NCBI GenBank assembly: GCA_963739455.1
Contig: CAVUAK010000001.1
Coordinates: forward strand, 1,984,001 to 2,048,000
Direction: 5' to 3'
DNA from: an uncultured Gemmatimonadales bacterium
Lineage (GTDB): Bacteria > Gemmatimonadota > Gemmatimonadetes > Gemmatimonadales > GWC2-71-9
DNA: 64,000 nucleotides
Part shown: positions 33,869 to 44,866 of the stretch, one piece after another
How the letters are laid out: every line of letters starts with the position of its first letter
How positions within the stretch are numbered: the stretch's first letter is position 1
The notes under the pieces: generated by a model
Told to the model about the DNA's origin: nothing
The model's database searches: none
What the model saw: only the letters and a program-made list of their open reading frames with translations
Translations under genes and position numbers: made by a program

Positions 33869-36013
33869 TTACGTTGAGCGCGCTGCTCCTTCGCGCGCGT
33901 GGTCCATCAACAGCCGGTGCGTGCCACGTTCATCGGCTGGATTCGACGGACGGCGCTGCTCGTAGTTGCCGTCCGCCTGCAGTTCCCAGGCCTGACGATT
34001 GTCGTGCCACATCAACTCGAGCAGGTCGCGCACCGTGTTGCGGTGCACGGCGTCGAGAATCGGCGCCGCGGCCTCGATGCGGCGATCGAGGTTGCGTGGC
34101 ATCCAGTCGCCGGACCCGATATAGACCTCTTCCTGTCCGCCGTTGCGGAAGTAGAAGGCCCGGGAGTGCTCGAGGAAGCGCCCGATGATGCTGATGACCC
34201 GGATGTTCTCGCTCACTCCGCGCAAGCCCGGCTTGAGGCAGCAGATGCCGCGCACGATCAGGTCGATCTGTACGCCGGCGCGCGATGCCTCATAGAGGGC
34301 CGCGATGATGTCCGGGTGCACCAGTGCGTTCATCTTCGCGAAGATCCGGCCGCCGCGCCCCGCGCGCTGGTGCTCGATCTCTCGGTGAATCAGCGCCAGG
34401 AACCGGGTCAGCATGTAGCGTGGCGCTACCAGGATCTGCCGGTACTGCGCCGGCTGGCCGAACCCGGTGAGCACGTTGAAGAGGTCCGTCAGGTCGGCAC
34501 CCAGGGCGGGGTTGCACGAGAGGATGCCGAAGTCGGTGTAGAGGCGCGCGGTCTTGGGGTTGTAGTTCCCGGTCCCGATGTGGACATACCGGCGGATCAC
34601 ATCACCCTCACGGCGAACGACCAGCATCACCTTGGCGTGCGTCTTCAGGCCCGCCACGCCATAGCTGACGTGCACGCCCACATCCTCCAGGCGCTGGGCC
34701 CAGATGATGTTGTTCTCCTCGTCGAAGCGCGCCTGCAACTCGATAAGCACCGCGACCTGCTTCCCCCGTTCGGCAGCCTGCTGCAGCAGCTTGGCGATGC
34801 TCGAATCGCCCCCGGTACGGTACAGCGTCAGCTTGATGGCGAGGACGTCGGGGTCTTCGGCTGCCGCCTGGATGAACCGCTCCACGGTGGTGGCGAAGCT
34901 GTCATATGGGTGATGCAGGAGGATGTCACCCTCGCGGATGACCTCGAACATGTTGCGGCCCTGCGCCAGCCTGGCCGGCGTGACCGAGTGAAATGTCGAA
35001 TCCTTGAGCGCCGGGAGGTCGAGCACCGACAGCGACAGGAAGTCGGCGGTGTCGAGCAGGCCGTGCACTTCGTACACATCACTCGCCGTGAGCGGCGGGG
35101 CGATGTCCTGCTGCTCCTCGTTGAACTCGGCCAGCAGCAGCTGCCGGAGGGAGAAGGGCATCGAGGAGTGCACCTCGAGCCGTACCACCTCGGCGAAACG
35201 GCGATTGCTGACCTCCTCCTTGATGAGGCTCAGGAGGTCTTCCGCTTCCTCGCCGTTCTCGATGACGATGTCGGTGTTCCGGGTAATCCGGAACAGGTGC
35301 CAGCTCAGGATCTCGATGCCGGGGAAGAGGTACTCGAGATTGCTCCCCACCACCTGTTCCAGCGGCACGAACGTGTTGGGCTCGAGGCAGGGCACCCAGC
35401 GCGGCAGGATCTTGGGCACCTTCACCCGGGCAAAGCGGTCCTCGCCGTCGCTGCCGCGGAGCACCACGGCCACCGAAAGACTGAGGTTCGAGATGTAGGG
35501 GAAGGGATGACCAGGGTCCACCGCGAGCGGGGTGAGCACGGGGAACACGTTGGCCTGGAAATACCGGTCGATGTGCTCGCGGTTGGCGCGGTCGAGGTCG
35601 CCGAGGTGGCTGATGACCTGCACACCCTGCTCCGCCATCGCAGGGAGGACGTCGCGCATCAGCCCCTGCCGGTGCTGGGCGAGCTGCTCGCGCACCACCA
35701 CCGCGATGCGGGCAAGCTGGTCCTCGGCGGTGAGGCCATCGGGTGTGCGTTCGGTAACCCCGGCGGCAACCTGCCGCTTGAGCCCGGCGACACGCACCTG
35801 GAAGAACTCGTCGAGGTTGCTGCTGTAGATCCCGAGGAACTTGAGCCGTTCCAGCAGCGGGGTCCGCGGGTCGAGCGCCTCGTGGAGCACGCGGCGATTG
35901 AACTCGAGCCAGCTCAGCTCACGATTGACGTAGAGCGACGGATGCCGAACGTCGAGGTCGAGCAGCGTCGGCGCCGGGGCCGGAGTCGTCGAAGCTGGCT
36001 GTACCGTGGTCAT
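33869..36013 (-). CDS. ppk1: Polyphosphate kinase 1
   Basis: NRELSWLEFN, SNLDEFF, GHPFP, LHHPYDSF, KLTLYR, ELQARFDEE, KTHAK, GTGNYN, RFLEHSR, DWMPRNL. Confidence 0.97.
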   Translation of the reverse strand: MTTVQPASTTPAPAPTLLDLDVRHPSLYVNRELSWLEFNRRVLHEALDPRTPLLERLKFLGIYSSNLDEFFQVRVAGLKRQVAAGVTERTPDGLTAEDQLARIAVVVREQLAQHRQGLMRDVLPAMAEQGVQVISHLGDLDRANREHIDRYFQANVFPVLTPLAVDPGHPFPYISNLSLSVAVVLRGSDGEDRFARVKVPKILPRWVPCLEPNTFVPLEQVVGSNLEYLFPGIEILSWHLFRITRNTDIVIENGEEAEDLLSLIKEEVSNRRFAEVVRLEVHSSMPFSLRQLLLAEFNEEQQDIAPPLTASDVYEVHGLLDTADFLSLSVLDLPALKDSTFHSVTPARLAQGRNMFEVIREGDILLHHPYDSFATTVERFIQAAAEDPDVLAIKLTLYRTGGDSSIAKLLQQAAERGKQVAVLIELQARFDEENNIIWAQRLEDVGVHVSYGVAGLKTHAKVMLVVRREGDVIRRYVHIGTGNYNPKTARLYTDFGILSCNPALGADLTDLFNVLTGFGQPAQYRQILVAPRYMLTRFLALIHREIEHQRAGRGGRIFAKMNALVHPDIIAALYEASRAGVQIDLIVRGICCLKPGLRGVSENIRVISIIGRFLEHSRAFYFRNGGQEEVYIGSGDWMPRNLDRRIEAAAPILDAVHRNTVRDLLELMWHDNRQAWELQADGNYEQRRPSNPADERGTHRLLMDHAREGAARST

Positions 36014-36044
36014 GATGCGTCAATCCTGCCGGGTGCCTGTCCTG

Positions 36045-36407
36045 TCAGTCGCCATCCGGAATGAGCAGCGACAGGGCCGTGCTGATGACGCCGATGAAGA
36101 TGCCGCCGAGCACTGCCCACCAGAAGCCGTCGACCGCGAAGTGGAACCCCATCTTCTGCGAAACGTATGCCGTGAACAGTAACAGGGCCCCATTCACCAC
36201 CAGGGCAAACAGCCCCAGCGTCAGCAGGACAAGGGGGCAGGTCAGCACCATCAGGAGCGGCTTGAGAAAGGCGTTCAGTACACCGAACACCAGGGCGATC
36301 CCGCCCAGCTGCACCAGGGTGCCCTCGAAATGCAGGCCGGGGAGCAGCTTGACCGCAGCGAAAATGGCTACGGCATTGATCAGCAGGCGGATTATGAAGG
36401 CCATCAT
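36045..36407 (-). CDS. YvlD-like 'phage holin family' 4-TM membrane protein
   Basis: LNAFLKPLL..LTLGLFALVVNG..GFWWAVLG. Confidence 0.85.
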   Translation of the reverse strand: MMAFIIRLLINAVAIFAAVKLLPGLHFEGTLVQLGGIALVFGVLNAFLKPLLMVLTCPLVLLTLGLFALVVNGALLLFTAYVSQKMGFHFAVDGFWWAVLGGIFIGVISTALSLLIPDGD

Positions 36408-36431
36408 CAGCAGCTCCAGAGGGGGAGGTAT

Positions 36432-37496
36432 CTAGGCAATGACGCCGCCACCCAGCACGCGGTCGGTGTCGTCATACAGTACGCCCGACTGTCCAGGCGT
36501 GATGGCGCGAACGGCGGTCTCGAGCACCAGTGAAACACGGCCTTCCTCGGTCGAGACCACCGTTCCCGGAACGGCGGGCGCGCGATACCGCAACTGCACG
36601 CGACAGGCATCTCCGGGCGCCAACGGTGCGGCGAGCCAGTTGATCTCGTCGAGTGTCACCCGGTGGCCTTCGAGGTCCTCGATTGACCCGATGACCACCT
36701 CGCGCGCCTCGGGTCGGATCGCCACGACGTACCGTGCCTCGCTGAAACCTCCCGGCAGTCGCTTCCGCTGGCCGATCGTGAAACGGGCAAAGCCATCATG
36801 CTCACCGACCACCTCGCCCGTCGTGGTCACGAGCGGGCCGGGCGTCAGTGCCGGGGCGTCCGCCGGGAGGTGCTGCTCGAGGACGCCGACATAGTCATCG
36901 TCGGGAACGAAGCAGATCTCGACCGACTCGGGCTTGTCGGCGGTGGCAAGGCCGAGGCGGCGCGCGTAGGCGCGCGTCTCGCTCTTGGAGAGTTCGCCCA
37001 CGGGTGTCAGCATGCGCGCCACGACAGCCTGGTCAATGCCCCAGAGGAAGTAGCTCTGGTCCTTCGTGCGATCGCGACCACGGTACAGCGCGCCGTCGCG
37101 GGCGATGGCATAGTGGCCGGTCGCGATGGCGTCGCACTGGAGCTCCTGCGCATGTGCCAGCAGGTCGCGGAACTTGGTGAACGAGTTGCATCGCACACAC
37201 GGAATCGGGGTGCGGCCCCGACTGTACTCACTCACGAAGTTCTGGATCACGTGCAGCGAGAAACGGTCCTCGAGGTTCAGCACATAGTGCGGAATGCCGA
37301 GCCGGTGCGCGACGTCGCGCGCGTCATTGATCGAGTCGAGCGAGCAGCAGGGTCGGTCGGGAACCGAGTCCCCGTAACAGAAGAGCTTCATCGTGGCGCC
37401 CACGACGTCATAGCCCTGCTCGACCAGGCGCGCCGCTGCCACCGACGAGTCGACCCCGCCGGACATGGCGACGAGCACCCGACCGGCGCTATGCAC
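36432..37496 (-). CDS. mnmA: tRNA-specific 2-thiouridylase MnmA
   Basis: [46 protein letters not shown]. Confidence 0.95.
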   Translation of the reverse strand: MHSAGRVLVAMSGGVDSSVAAARLVEQGYDVVGATMKLFCYGDSVPDRPCCSLDSINDARDVAHRLGIPHYVLNLEDRFSLHVIQNFVSEYSRGRTPIPCVRCNSFTKFRDLLAHAQELQCDAIATGHYAIARDGALYRGRDRTKDQSYFLWGIDQAVVARMLTPVGELSKSETRAYARRLGLATADKPESVEICFVPDDDYVGVLEQHLPADAPALTPGPLVTTTGEVVGEHDGFARFTIGQRKRLPGGFSEARYVVAIRPEAREVVIGSIEDLEGHRVTLDEINWLAAPLAPGDACRVQLRYRAPAVPGTVVSTEEGRVSLVLETAVRAITPGQSGVLYDDTDRVLGGGVIA

Positions 37497-38664
37497 GACC
37501 GAGCGCTCCGGCCAGCTTGCGCGCGCGGGCGACCACCTTGGGGAACGCCGCCGCAACGCGCTCCACGTCCGTCATCGTGCTTTCATGACCGAACGAGAAG
37601 CGGAGCTGGCCCAGGGCCAGGTCGCGTGGCACACCCATGGCGGAGAGCACGTGCGATGGCTCCACCGCGCCGGTGGAACATGCCGAGCCACCCGATGCGG
37701 CAACGCCCTGCATGTCGAGGTGCATGAGCAGGGTCTCGCTGTCGGCGCCGGCCACGGCGATGGTCAGGATGTGGGGCGCCCGGCTGCCGGCGGCACCGAC
37801 GGCAACGAGGTCGGGGACATCGCGAAGCAACAGCGTCTCGAGCTGGTCGCGCAACGCCGCCAGGCGGGGCGCTTCGGCGGCCTGCTCCGCGGCCGCGAGG
37901 CGGGCCGCACAGCCGAGGGCGACCGCGCCGGCGACATTCTCAGTGCCTGGGCGGATGCCATACTGCTGGCCTCCGCCGTGAATGATCGACTCCACCAGCC
38001 CGCGATCCCGGATGATCAGCGCACCAATGCCCTTGGGCGCGCCGAGCTTGTGCCCCGAGAGGGTCAGCAGGGCGACGGGGAGTTGCCGGAGGTCGACCGC
38101 GATCTTCCCGAACGCCTGTACGCCGTCGGTGTGCAGTGGCACGCCCGCGACACTACATCGTGCCGCAATATCCGTCATCGGCTGGACGGTGCCGACTTCG
38201 TTGTTGACCCACATGACCGACACCACGGCTGGCCTGCGCGCGAAGGCTGCCTCGAGCGCCTCGAGCTGCAGTGATCCGTCCGGGTGGACCGGGAGGATGA
38301 TTTCCTCCCCGCCCAGTGTGGCCACCGTGTGCGCCGCAGCCAGGATCGCCTTGTGCTCGATGGCTGAGACGGCCACGCATCGCGGCCGGCCGCGCGCGCT
38401 CGCCGCGAACGCTGCACCGATGATGGCGAGGTTGTCTGCTTCCGTTCCGCCGGAGGTAAAGACCACCTGCGTTGGTTCGCAGCCGACCGCCTCGGCGATT
38501 TCGCGCCGGGCCTGCTCGAGTCCGGCCCTCGCGGCGCGGCCGTATCGGTGCGAACTCGACGGATTGCCGAAGACATCGTCGAAGTAGGGACGCATCGCGT
38601 CGCGCACTTCGGCGCGAACGGGCGTAGTGGCAGCGTGGTCGAGGTAGGTCAGGGCCGGGTCCAT
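37489..38664 (-). CDS. Cysteine desulfurase (IscS/NifS family)
   Basis: [49 protein letters not shown]. Confidence 0.94.
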   Translation of the reverse strand: MDPALTYLDHAATTPVRAEVRDAMRPYFDDVFGNPSSSHRYGRAARAGLEQARREIAEAVGCEPTQVVFTSGGTEADNLAIIGAAFAASARGRPRCVAVSAIEHKAILAAAHTVATLGGEEIILPVHPDGSLQLEALEAAFARRPAVVSVMWVNNEVGTVQPMTDIAARCSVAGVPLHTDGVQAFGKIAVDLRQLPVALLTLSGHKLGAPKGIGALIIRDRGLVESIIHGGGQQYGIRPGTENVAGAVALGCAARLAAAEQAAEAPRLAALRDQLETLLLRDVPDLVAVGAAGSRAPHILTIAVAGADSETLLMHLDMQGVAASGGSACSTGAVEPSHVLSAMGVPRDLALGQLRFSFGHESTMTDVERVAAAFPKVVARARKLAGALGRA

Positions 38665-38719
38665 AAGGCCTGAAATATACACGACTTACGGGAGGGGCGA
38701 GTGGGCTGCAGATTGGGCC

Positions 38720-40525
38720 ATGCCTTCAGGGCCGCACCAGATACCCGATGACACCTTCCTGGCGCTGCAGCAGGCGCTCGCGGGCAGGTATTCCCTGGAA
38801 TCGGAGCTGGGCCATGGGGCAATGGGCATCGTGTTCCGCGCCCGGGAGGTGCGCCTCGATCGCCCCGTCGCCATCAAGCTGCTGCGGCCCGATCTGGCCA
38901 GCCGGAGTGACGTCCGCGAGAACTTCATGCGGGAGGCCCGCACCGCAGCGGGGCTCGACCACCCGAACATCGTGCCGATCTACCTCGCGGATGAAGTCGA
39001 GGGCCTCAGCTTCTTCGTCATGGCGTGCGTGGACGGCGAAACCCTGGCCAGACAGGTGGAGCGGAAGGGGCCCATGGCTCCCGGCGAGGCGGCGAGGCTG
39101 CTCCGGTCCATTTCCTGGGCGCTGGCATATGCCCACGCGCGCGGGGTGGTGCATCGAGACATCAAGCCCGAGAACATTCTCATTGACCGCGAAAGTCGCC
39201 GGCCGTTAGTGGCGGATTTTGGCATCGCAAAGGTGAACCGTCATCCGGGCAGCGCACAGGCAGGACAGGTTGTTGGCACGCCCGAGTTCATGAGCCCTGA
39301 ACAGTGTGCTGGGGATGAGGTCGACGGCCGCAGTGATCTCTACTCACTCGGGATCCTCGGTTACTACGTCCTGAGCGGTGTAGTCCCGTTCTCAGGGCCG
39401 GACATCCGTTCGATCCTGACCCGTCACATTGCGACTGATCCTCGCCCGCTGCGCGAACTCCGGACCGACCTGCCCCTCCATCTCGCCAGCACAATTGGCA
39501 GTTGCCTCGCAAAGGATCGCGAGAAGCGGTTTGCCACCGCGGAGGCCCTGTCGCAGGCGCTCGAGGAGTCGATGGACAGGCCGCGACTGGTACCGCTCCC
39601 CATACGCACCTATTTGCGTCGTTTCCGGCGACCGCAGTGGGAAATGCTGCTGCTGGCGAGCGTGGCTTGTGCCGCAGCCTTCGGCATGGGACAGATCCTG
39701 TTGCGCGGCCGCGGTGGGCTCACGACTGAGACGCTCGTCGCGGGCGCCGCGCTGGGGCTCGCGTGGCTCGCGTTCGCCGAGTTCCGGGAGACGCGCGCTC
39801 TGGTGCGCGCCGGGTACGGTCATGCTGACCTGATGCGGGCCCTGCGATCGGAGCGGGAGGCGGTGCGGCGTGAGCTCTGGGCCTCGAGCGACGATCCCCA
39901 GCCTGACCCGGCGCGTGTCCGGATGATGCGCGCCGTGTTCATCGGGGGAGCACTGGTGACACTCGCCTCACTCGCGGGGGCGGTCTTCCTGCAGCCTGGC
40001 CTGCCGATGCGCGAAGCGGTGAGCCGCATGCCCCTGCGCGTCGCCCTTCCGCTGACGGTGGCAGTCATCATTACGCTGGCCGGCGGCGCGCGACTCATCC
40101 TCGCGCGGGCCACCCTGTTTGGCGACGTGACCATTCGGATGTGGGACAGCCGGTTCATGCGCGGCGCGTTCGCGCTGGCGGGCATCGGCGTCGAGCGTCC
40201 CGAGGAATCGCGCAGCGACCGCCCCACCGAGGTGGCGGTGGGGTCGGCGGTCATGGCCCTGCTGGATTCGCTGCAGCCGACGATGGCGTCGGAATTGGGG
40301 GAGATTGGTGACTTGAGCCAGCGCCTGGAGGAGTTGGCGCGTGGGATTCGCGCGGAGATGCTCGTCCAGCCGTCACCCCGGCTCGATGATCAGTTGAGCG
40401 TGGCGGTGTCAGTGCTGGAGGAGTTCCGTATCGGGCTGCTGCGGTTGCGTGGGCCGACGTCCGACCGGGAAGGGCTTGACCGTGCCATTGCCCGGGCGCG
40501 AGCGCTGGTCGAGGTCAAGGGCTAG
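38720..40525 (+). CDS. Ser/Thr protein kinase with C-terminal membrane segments
   Basis: GHGAMG, VAIK, HRDIKPEN, DFG, GTPEFMSPE; about 4 hydrophobic helices downstream. Confidence 0.9.
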   Translation: MPSGPHQIPDDTFLALQQALAGRYSLESELGHGAMGIVFRAREVRLDRPVAIKLLRPDLASRSDVRENFMREARTAAGLDHPNIVPIYLADEVEGLSFFVMACVDGETLARQVERKGPMAPGEAARLLRSISWALAYAHARGVVHRDIKPENILIDRESRRPLVADFGIAKVNRHPGSAQAGQVVGTPEFMSPEQCAGDEVDGRSDLYSLGILGYYVLSGVVPFSGPDIRSILTRHIATDPRPLRELRTDLPLHLASTIGSCLAKDREKRFATAEALSQALEESMDRPRLVPLPIRTYLRRFRRPQWEMLLLASVACAAAFGMGQILLRGRGGLTTETLVAGAALGLAWLAFAEFRETRALVRAGYGHADLMRALRSEREAVRRELWASSDDPQPDPARVRMMRAVFIGGALVTLASLAGAVFLQPGLPMREAVSRMPLRVALPLTVAVIITLAGGARLILARATLFGDVTIRMWDSRFMRGAFALAGIGVERPEESRSDRPTEVAVGSAVMALLDSLQPTMASELGEIGDLSQRLEELARGIRAEMLVQPSPRLDDQLSVAVSVLEEFRIGLLRLRGPTSDREGLDRAIARARALVEVKG

Positions 40526-40534
40526 ACCACGGGG

Positions 40535-41251
40535 CTACATGCTCTGAACGCCAAGCCTGGTCACGTCGTCCACTACAAGTGTCTCGTGCGTATAGAAGGG
40601 CTCCCCATAGCGCGTGCGAATGAGCGATCCATAATGCGCATTCTGGACCTCGATCAGCGAATAGAGGTCCTGCCCGGTCGGGAAAATTTCCCCCGCCGCC
40701 TTCGCGCCGTCGAACTGGCTCCCGTAGCAGCGGATGGCCTTCATCTTCCGCTCGAACTGGTCGGTGATGTCGACAACGAATGTCGGCTTGAGTGGGTCCT
40801 CCCGGTAGGCCAGCGAATACAGCAGCTTGTGCGGCCGGTGCGGCGCACCTTCGGCCGGAAACCGGGAGAGGCCGGCGAGAAAGGCTGCGTCCCGGCCGAG
40901 TTCGGAGGCCACGCGGTGATCGGGATGACGGCCGACGGGGAAGGGAAGGATGACGACACGCGGCGCAAAGTGGCGGATATGGCCCGCCACGACGCGCCGC
41001 GTCTCTTCAGTATTGAACAAGCCGGCATCGGGCAGGCCGGCGTTCCTCCGCTCGGCCACTCCAAGTACCGCAGCCGCCTGCTCCGCCTCTGCCGCACGGA
41101 GCGCGGCGCTGCCCCGCGTCCCGCTCTCACCAGCCGTCAGGTCCAGGATGCCGGTGCGATGACCCTGGTCGACCGCCCGGAGCAGGGTGCCGGCACAGGT
41201 GAGCTCGACATCATCCCTGTGTGCGGCGATCGCCAGGATATCTACGGTCAT
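40535..41251 (-). CDS. bshB1: Bacillithiol biosynthesis deacetylase (PIG-L family)
   Basis: AHRDDVEL..GT, LDLTAGESGTRG, RHPDH, VDIT..K..AI..YGSQF, YGE. Confidence 0.85.
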   Translation of the reverse strand: MTVDILAIAAHRDDVELTCAGTLLRAVDQGHRTGILDLTAGESGTRGSAALRAAEAEQAAAVLGVAERRNAGLPDAGLFNTEETRRVVAGHIRHFAPRVVILPFPVGRHPDHRVASELGRDAAFLAGLSRFPAEGAPHRPHKLLYSLAYREDPLKPTFVVDITDQFERKMKAIRCYGSQFDGAKAAGEIFPTGQDLYSLIEVQNAHYGSLIRTRYGEPFYTHETLVVDDVTRLGVQSM

Positions 41252-41278
41252 CGTTCAGGTCATCTCCAGGAAGCAGGC

Positions 41279-42193
41279 TTATGCCGGCTGGGGCAGGGGA
41301 CGGCGCCGACGACGCAGCGTCCACCATGCACCGGTCACGATCAATCCCACCGGAATCACGACGCCAGACCAGCCGATCGCAAGGGTCACCAGTCCGAGGA
41401 ATCGTCCCCACGCCTGCCGCACCGCATCGACCAGCGGCGACTGGCCGGTCTGCTCCAGCACCGGCACCGGCTCATGCACCGACAGCGTCAAGCGGCTGGT
41501 TGCCGCCCTCGACTGGAGGTAGCGCAGCCGTCCCTCGTAGCGCTCGATCTCCTCGCGAACACGGGCCAGCTCCCGCTCCACCGCGAGGATATCCTGCAGC
41601 TTCCCGGGGCGATGTGCGAGCACGTCGATGAGGCGATCCTCGAGCCGGTGCGCGTTGGTGACCCGCGCGGCGATGTCGGTGTACTGCTCCCCCACGTCCT
41701 CGGTGGAGACCTGGACCGTTTCCAGCTTGCCGAGTCCATTGAGGCCGGATACCGCAGCGTCGAACCGCTCGTTCGGGATGCGCAACTCGATCGAGGCCGA
41801 GCGGAGGCGTTCGTCGCCGGCCTGGATGCTCGTGTTGGCCACGAAGCCGCCCATCTGCGCGGCGAGTGCCCTGACCTGATCGACGGCCGGGTTGAGCGAA
41901 CGCACCTCGATGCTGGCATTTCCGGTGCGAATCAGCATCGCCTCCACCGGCAGCGCAGCGACGGATGTTCCTGGAAGCGCGAATCCGGATCCGCCATCTC
42001 CTTCTGCCGCGAAGTCCCTCCGATCGAGCGTGCCGGCAACAACCTGGGCCGTCTCCATGCCTGGTGCGTCAGCGCTCGCCTGGGCTTTGGCGGCCTCCTC
42101 ACGACGGACCTCATTCATCGCGGTATTCTGGCCCATGTGGCACGCGGTGACCATGAGCACCGCAAGGGATGGAACGAGCACTGAGTGACGCAT
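41279..42193 (-). CDS. DUF4349 domain lipoprotein
   Basis: Lipobox-like VTAC; LIRTG..LRIP..EDVGEQYTD..LAVERELARVREEIERYEG; C-terminal TM. Confidence 0.85.
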   Translation of the reverse strand: MRHSVLVPSLAVLMVTACHMGQNTAMNEVRREEAAKAQASADAPGMETAQVVAGTLDRRDFAAEGDGGSGFALPGTSVAALPVEAMLIRTGNASIEVRSLNPAVDQVRALAAQMGGFVANTSIQAGDERLRSASIELRIPNERFDAAVSGLNGLGKLETVQVSTEDVGEQYTDIAARVTNAHRLEDRLIDVLAHRPGKLQDILAVERELARVREEIERYEGRLRYLQSRAATSRLTLSVHEPVPVLEQTGQSPLVDAVRQAWGRFLGLVTLAIGWSGVVIPVGLIVTGAWWTLRRRRRPLPQPA

Positions 42194-42270
42194 ATCCACC
42201 TTCGGTTCGGGTCGGGCAGGAGATGCAGCGGGCCTGGAACCGTGCACAGCGCACAGGATTGCAGTGCCCG

Positions 42271-43512
42271 CTACTCGTGCCGCAGTGCCTCGACCGGGTC
42301 CATCCGCGCCGCGCGGTTGGCCGGAACGAGCCCGAACACGAGTCCGATGCCGATGCTGACAGCCGAAGCCACTACCGCACTCCACAGCGGTACATCGGAG
42401 GTGAATCCAAACGCCTTCTTCACCACTTCCCCAAACAGCAGGCCCGCCATCACGCCGATCAGCCCGCCGAAGAAGGTCAGCGTCGCCGCCTCGACGAGGA
42501 ACTGCCAGAGGATTTCACGACGGGTGGCCCCCAGCGCCTTGCGGAGCCCGATTTCGCGCGTGCGGTCGGTGACGGACACCATCATGATGGCCATGACCCC
42601 GATCCCTCCGACCAGCAGGGCCACGCTCGACAGCGCGACCATGGCGACGAAGAAGTAGGTCGTGAAGTTCCCCACGACGCTCAGGATCTGGTCCTGCGTA
42701 ATGAGGTCGAAGGTGTTCGGCATGCCGGGCCTGAGGCTCCTGACCCGGCGGATTGCCACCGTCACGGCATCCTGCGCCTCGGTGACACCGGTCGAGAGCC
42801 GGGGCTTCACGGCAATGAAGAGGCTGTTGGTCTCGTCATAGCGATAGTTTCGCCGCACGGTCTGGAACGGCAGGACCGCGCCGTATTCCTGGCCCGGCGG
42901 CATGAAGATGTTGGATGCATTCTGGAAGATGCCGATGACGCGCATCGCCTTCGACCCGATGCGAATGGTGGCCCCGATGGGGTTCATCTGGCCAAACAGG
43001 CGGTGCGCCACCTCCTCCTCGATCAGGGTGACGTCATCGCCGTCCAGCTCGGCACGGGTGAAGAAGCGCCCCTTGAGGAGGGTGCCGCCCTGGATCTCGA
43101 GGTAGTGCTCGTCCGCACCGAACACGCTGAGGGACTGCGTGTTCACGCCCTGGTACTCGATGCGCTGGAAGATCTGCACCCACAGACCGGCATACGAAAT
43201 CTCCGGGAGCTGTGCCACGGCGGTGGCGTCGGCCTCATTGACCGGGGGGCGGATGCGCACCTCATAGGGAAGGCGGTCGGGATTGAGGGGCACCTGCGAG
43301 AAGAACCGCACCACGTAGAAGGTGGTGGGACCGGCTACCTCGACCGCATTGAAGATCTGCGTTCGTATGCCCTGTACCATCGAGGCAATCGTCATCACGG
43401 TGGCTACACCGATCACGACGCCCAGTATGGTGAGCGCGGAGCGCAGCTTGTTGGCCCGCATCGTGTCGAGGGCGATGACCATCCCCTCGACGACATTCGG
43501 GATCTGCGCCAC
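42271..43512 (-). CDS. MacB-type ABC transporter permease (4th in operon)
   Basis: LRSALTILGVVIG, LVGGIGVMAIMMVSVTDRTREIGLRKALGA, AARMDPVEALR. Confidence 0.93.
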   Translation of the reverse strand: MAQIPNVVEGMVIALDTMRANKLRSALTILGVVIGVATVMTIASMVQGIRTQIFNAVEVAGPTTFYVVRFFSQVPLNPDRLPYEVRIRPPVNEADATAVAQLPEISYAGLWVQIFQRIEYQGVNTQSLSVFGADEHYLEIQGGTLLKGRFFTRAELDGDDVTLIEEEVAHRLFGQMNPIGATIRIGSKAMRVIGIFQNASNIFMPPGQEYGAVLPFQTVRRNYRYDETNSLFIAVKPRLSTGVTEAQDAVTVAIRRVRSLRPGMPNTFDLITQDQILSVVGNFTTYFFVAMVALSSVALLVGGIGVMAIMMVSVTDRTREIGLRKALGATRREILWQFLVEAATLTFFGGLIGVMAGLLFGEVVKKAFGFTSDVPLWSAVVASAVSIGIGLVFGLVPANRAARMDPVEALRHE

Positions 43513-43516
43513 GCTC

Positions 43517-44761
43517 CTATTCCGCCCGGAGCGCGGTGATGGGATCGAGCCGCGCGGCGCGGGCCGCCGGATACACCCCGAAGATGATGCCCGTGGCCGC
43601 GCCCAGCGCCAGCGCCACACCGACCGACCAGAGCGTCACGCGCGCGGGCAGCGGCGTCAGGTTCGACACGAGATAGCTGAAGCCCCAGCCCGCCAGCACG
43701 CCCAGCACACCGCCGAGAAAGGACAGCGTCACGGTCTCCACCAGGAATTGCCGGTGAATGTCGCCGCGGGTTGCCCCGAGCGACTTCCGGAGCCCGATCT
43801 CATAGGTGCGCTCGTTGACCGACATCAGCATGATGTTCATGATGACGATGCCACCCACGACAATGCCTATGCAGACGACCCCGGGAATCATCCGGAAGAG
43901 CACGCGCGTGAGGGTCTTCCAGAACGCCACGAGCGCGTCGGCCTTGTCCACGGTGAAATCGTTCTCTTCCAGTGGCCTGAGCCGATGCGCCACCCGCATC
44001 GCCTCCTCGGCGCGGAGCATCGCGTCATCGATCTCGGCGGCGTCGCGCATCTTCACCGACACCACCGTGGTCTTGCGCCGGCCGTAGATGGACTCGAAGG
44101 TGCTGAGGGGCATGAGCAGGAAACCGTCAAACGACTGGCCCAGCACCCGGCCCTTCTGGGCGATCACTCCCTTCACCAGCAGCTCGCGACCCGCCACCCG
44201 CACCTTGCGGCCTACCGCCTGTGCTGGCTGGTCGAACAGCTTGCTGGCCACTTCCCAACCCAGCACCACGACAGGCCGGCGCTCGGTGACGTCCGGGTCG
44301 GACAGCGGATCCCCCGCGGCGAAGCTGTAGTCCTGGACCAGCTGGTAGGGAGGCGTGACGCCAAAGATCAGCACCGTGCCCACCGTCTTGTTCCGGTAGC
44401 TGACATCGTTGATCGGCGTGGGCCATCCCGATTGCAGGGACACCGCCTCTGCATCGGGAATGGCGTCCTGGACGGTCTCCGCGTCCCTCACGGTGATGAT
44501 CGGGCGGCGGCTGATCTTCTTCACCATCTCGTCGTCCAGCAGTCCCACTGTGATCGGCGTGCGGCGCACCTGGAAGGCATTGGTGCCGATCATCGCGCCG
44601 GTGAGGTTCTCCTTGACGTAGGCGTTCATGCCCTGGATCACCGCCACCACCACCACGAGGAAGGCAACGGAGACGATGATCCCGAGCAGCGTGAAGAAGG
44701 AGCGCAGCTTGGCCGACCAGATGGAGTCGAAGGCGATGCGGAGAGATTCAAGGAAGGACAT
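43517..44761 (-). CDS. MacB-type ABC transporter permease (3rd)
   Basis: [46 protein letters not shown]. Confidence 0.93.
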   Translation of the reverse strand: MSFLESLRIAFDSIWSAKLRSFFTLLGIIVSVAFLVVVVAVIQGMNAYVKENLTGAMIGTNAFQVRRTPITVGLLDDEMVKKISRRPIITVRDAETVQDAIPDAEAVSLQSGWPTPINDVSYRNKTVGTVLIFGVTPPYQLVQDYSFAAGDPLSDPDVTERRPVVVLGWEVASKLFDQPAQAVGRKVRVAGRELLVKGVIAQKGRVLGQSFDGFLLMPLSTFESIYGRRKTTVVSVKMRDAAEIDDAMLRAEEAMRVAHRLRPLEENDFTVDKADALVAFWKTLTRVLFRMIPGVVCIGIVVGGIVIMNIMLMSVNERTYEIGLRKSLGATRGDIHRQFLVETVTLSFLGGVLGVLAGWGFSYLVSNLTPLPARVTLWSVGVALALGAATGIIFGVYPAARAARLDPITALRAE

Positions 44762-44790
44762 TGACCGCAAGCTAAGCGACGGGTCCGGCA

Positions 44791-44858
44791 AGGGGTGAGG
44801 GGGAAGGACAAAGGGGTGAAGGGGAGATCATTCTCCTCCTCACCCCTCACTCCTCACT
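44791..44858. repeat. Purine/pyrimidine heptamer inverted-repeat element inside the ABC operon
   Basis: AGGGGTGA x2 facing TCACCCC/TCACTCC/TCACT repeats; AGGGGTGAAGGGGAGA can pair imperfectly with TCTCCTCCTCACCCCT. Confidence 0.65.
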
Positions 44859-44866
44859 GAAGTTCC

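Noticed and set aside
33899..36064. Long antisense ORFs (also 3314-5167, 29851-31671, 40586-42184, 45765-48020)
   Set aside because: Shadow frames opposite well-supported high-GC genes, with no motifs of their own
36045..36407. 'Phage holin' as evidence of a prophage
   Set aside because: YvlD-type family is commonly chromosomal; here it sits between mnmA and ppk1 with no phage genes
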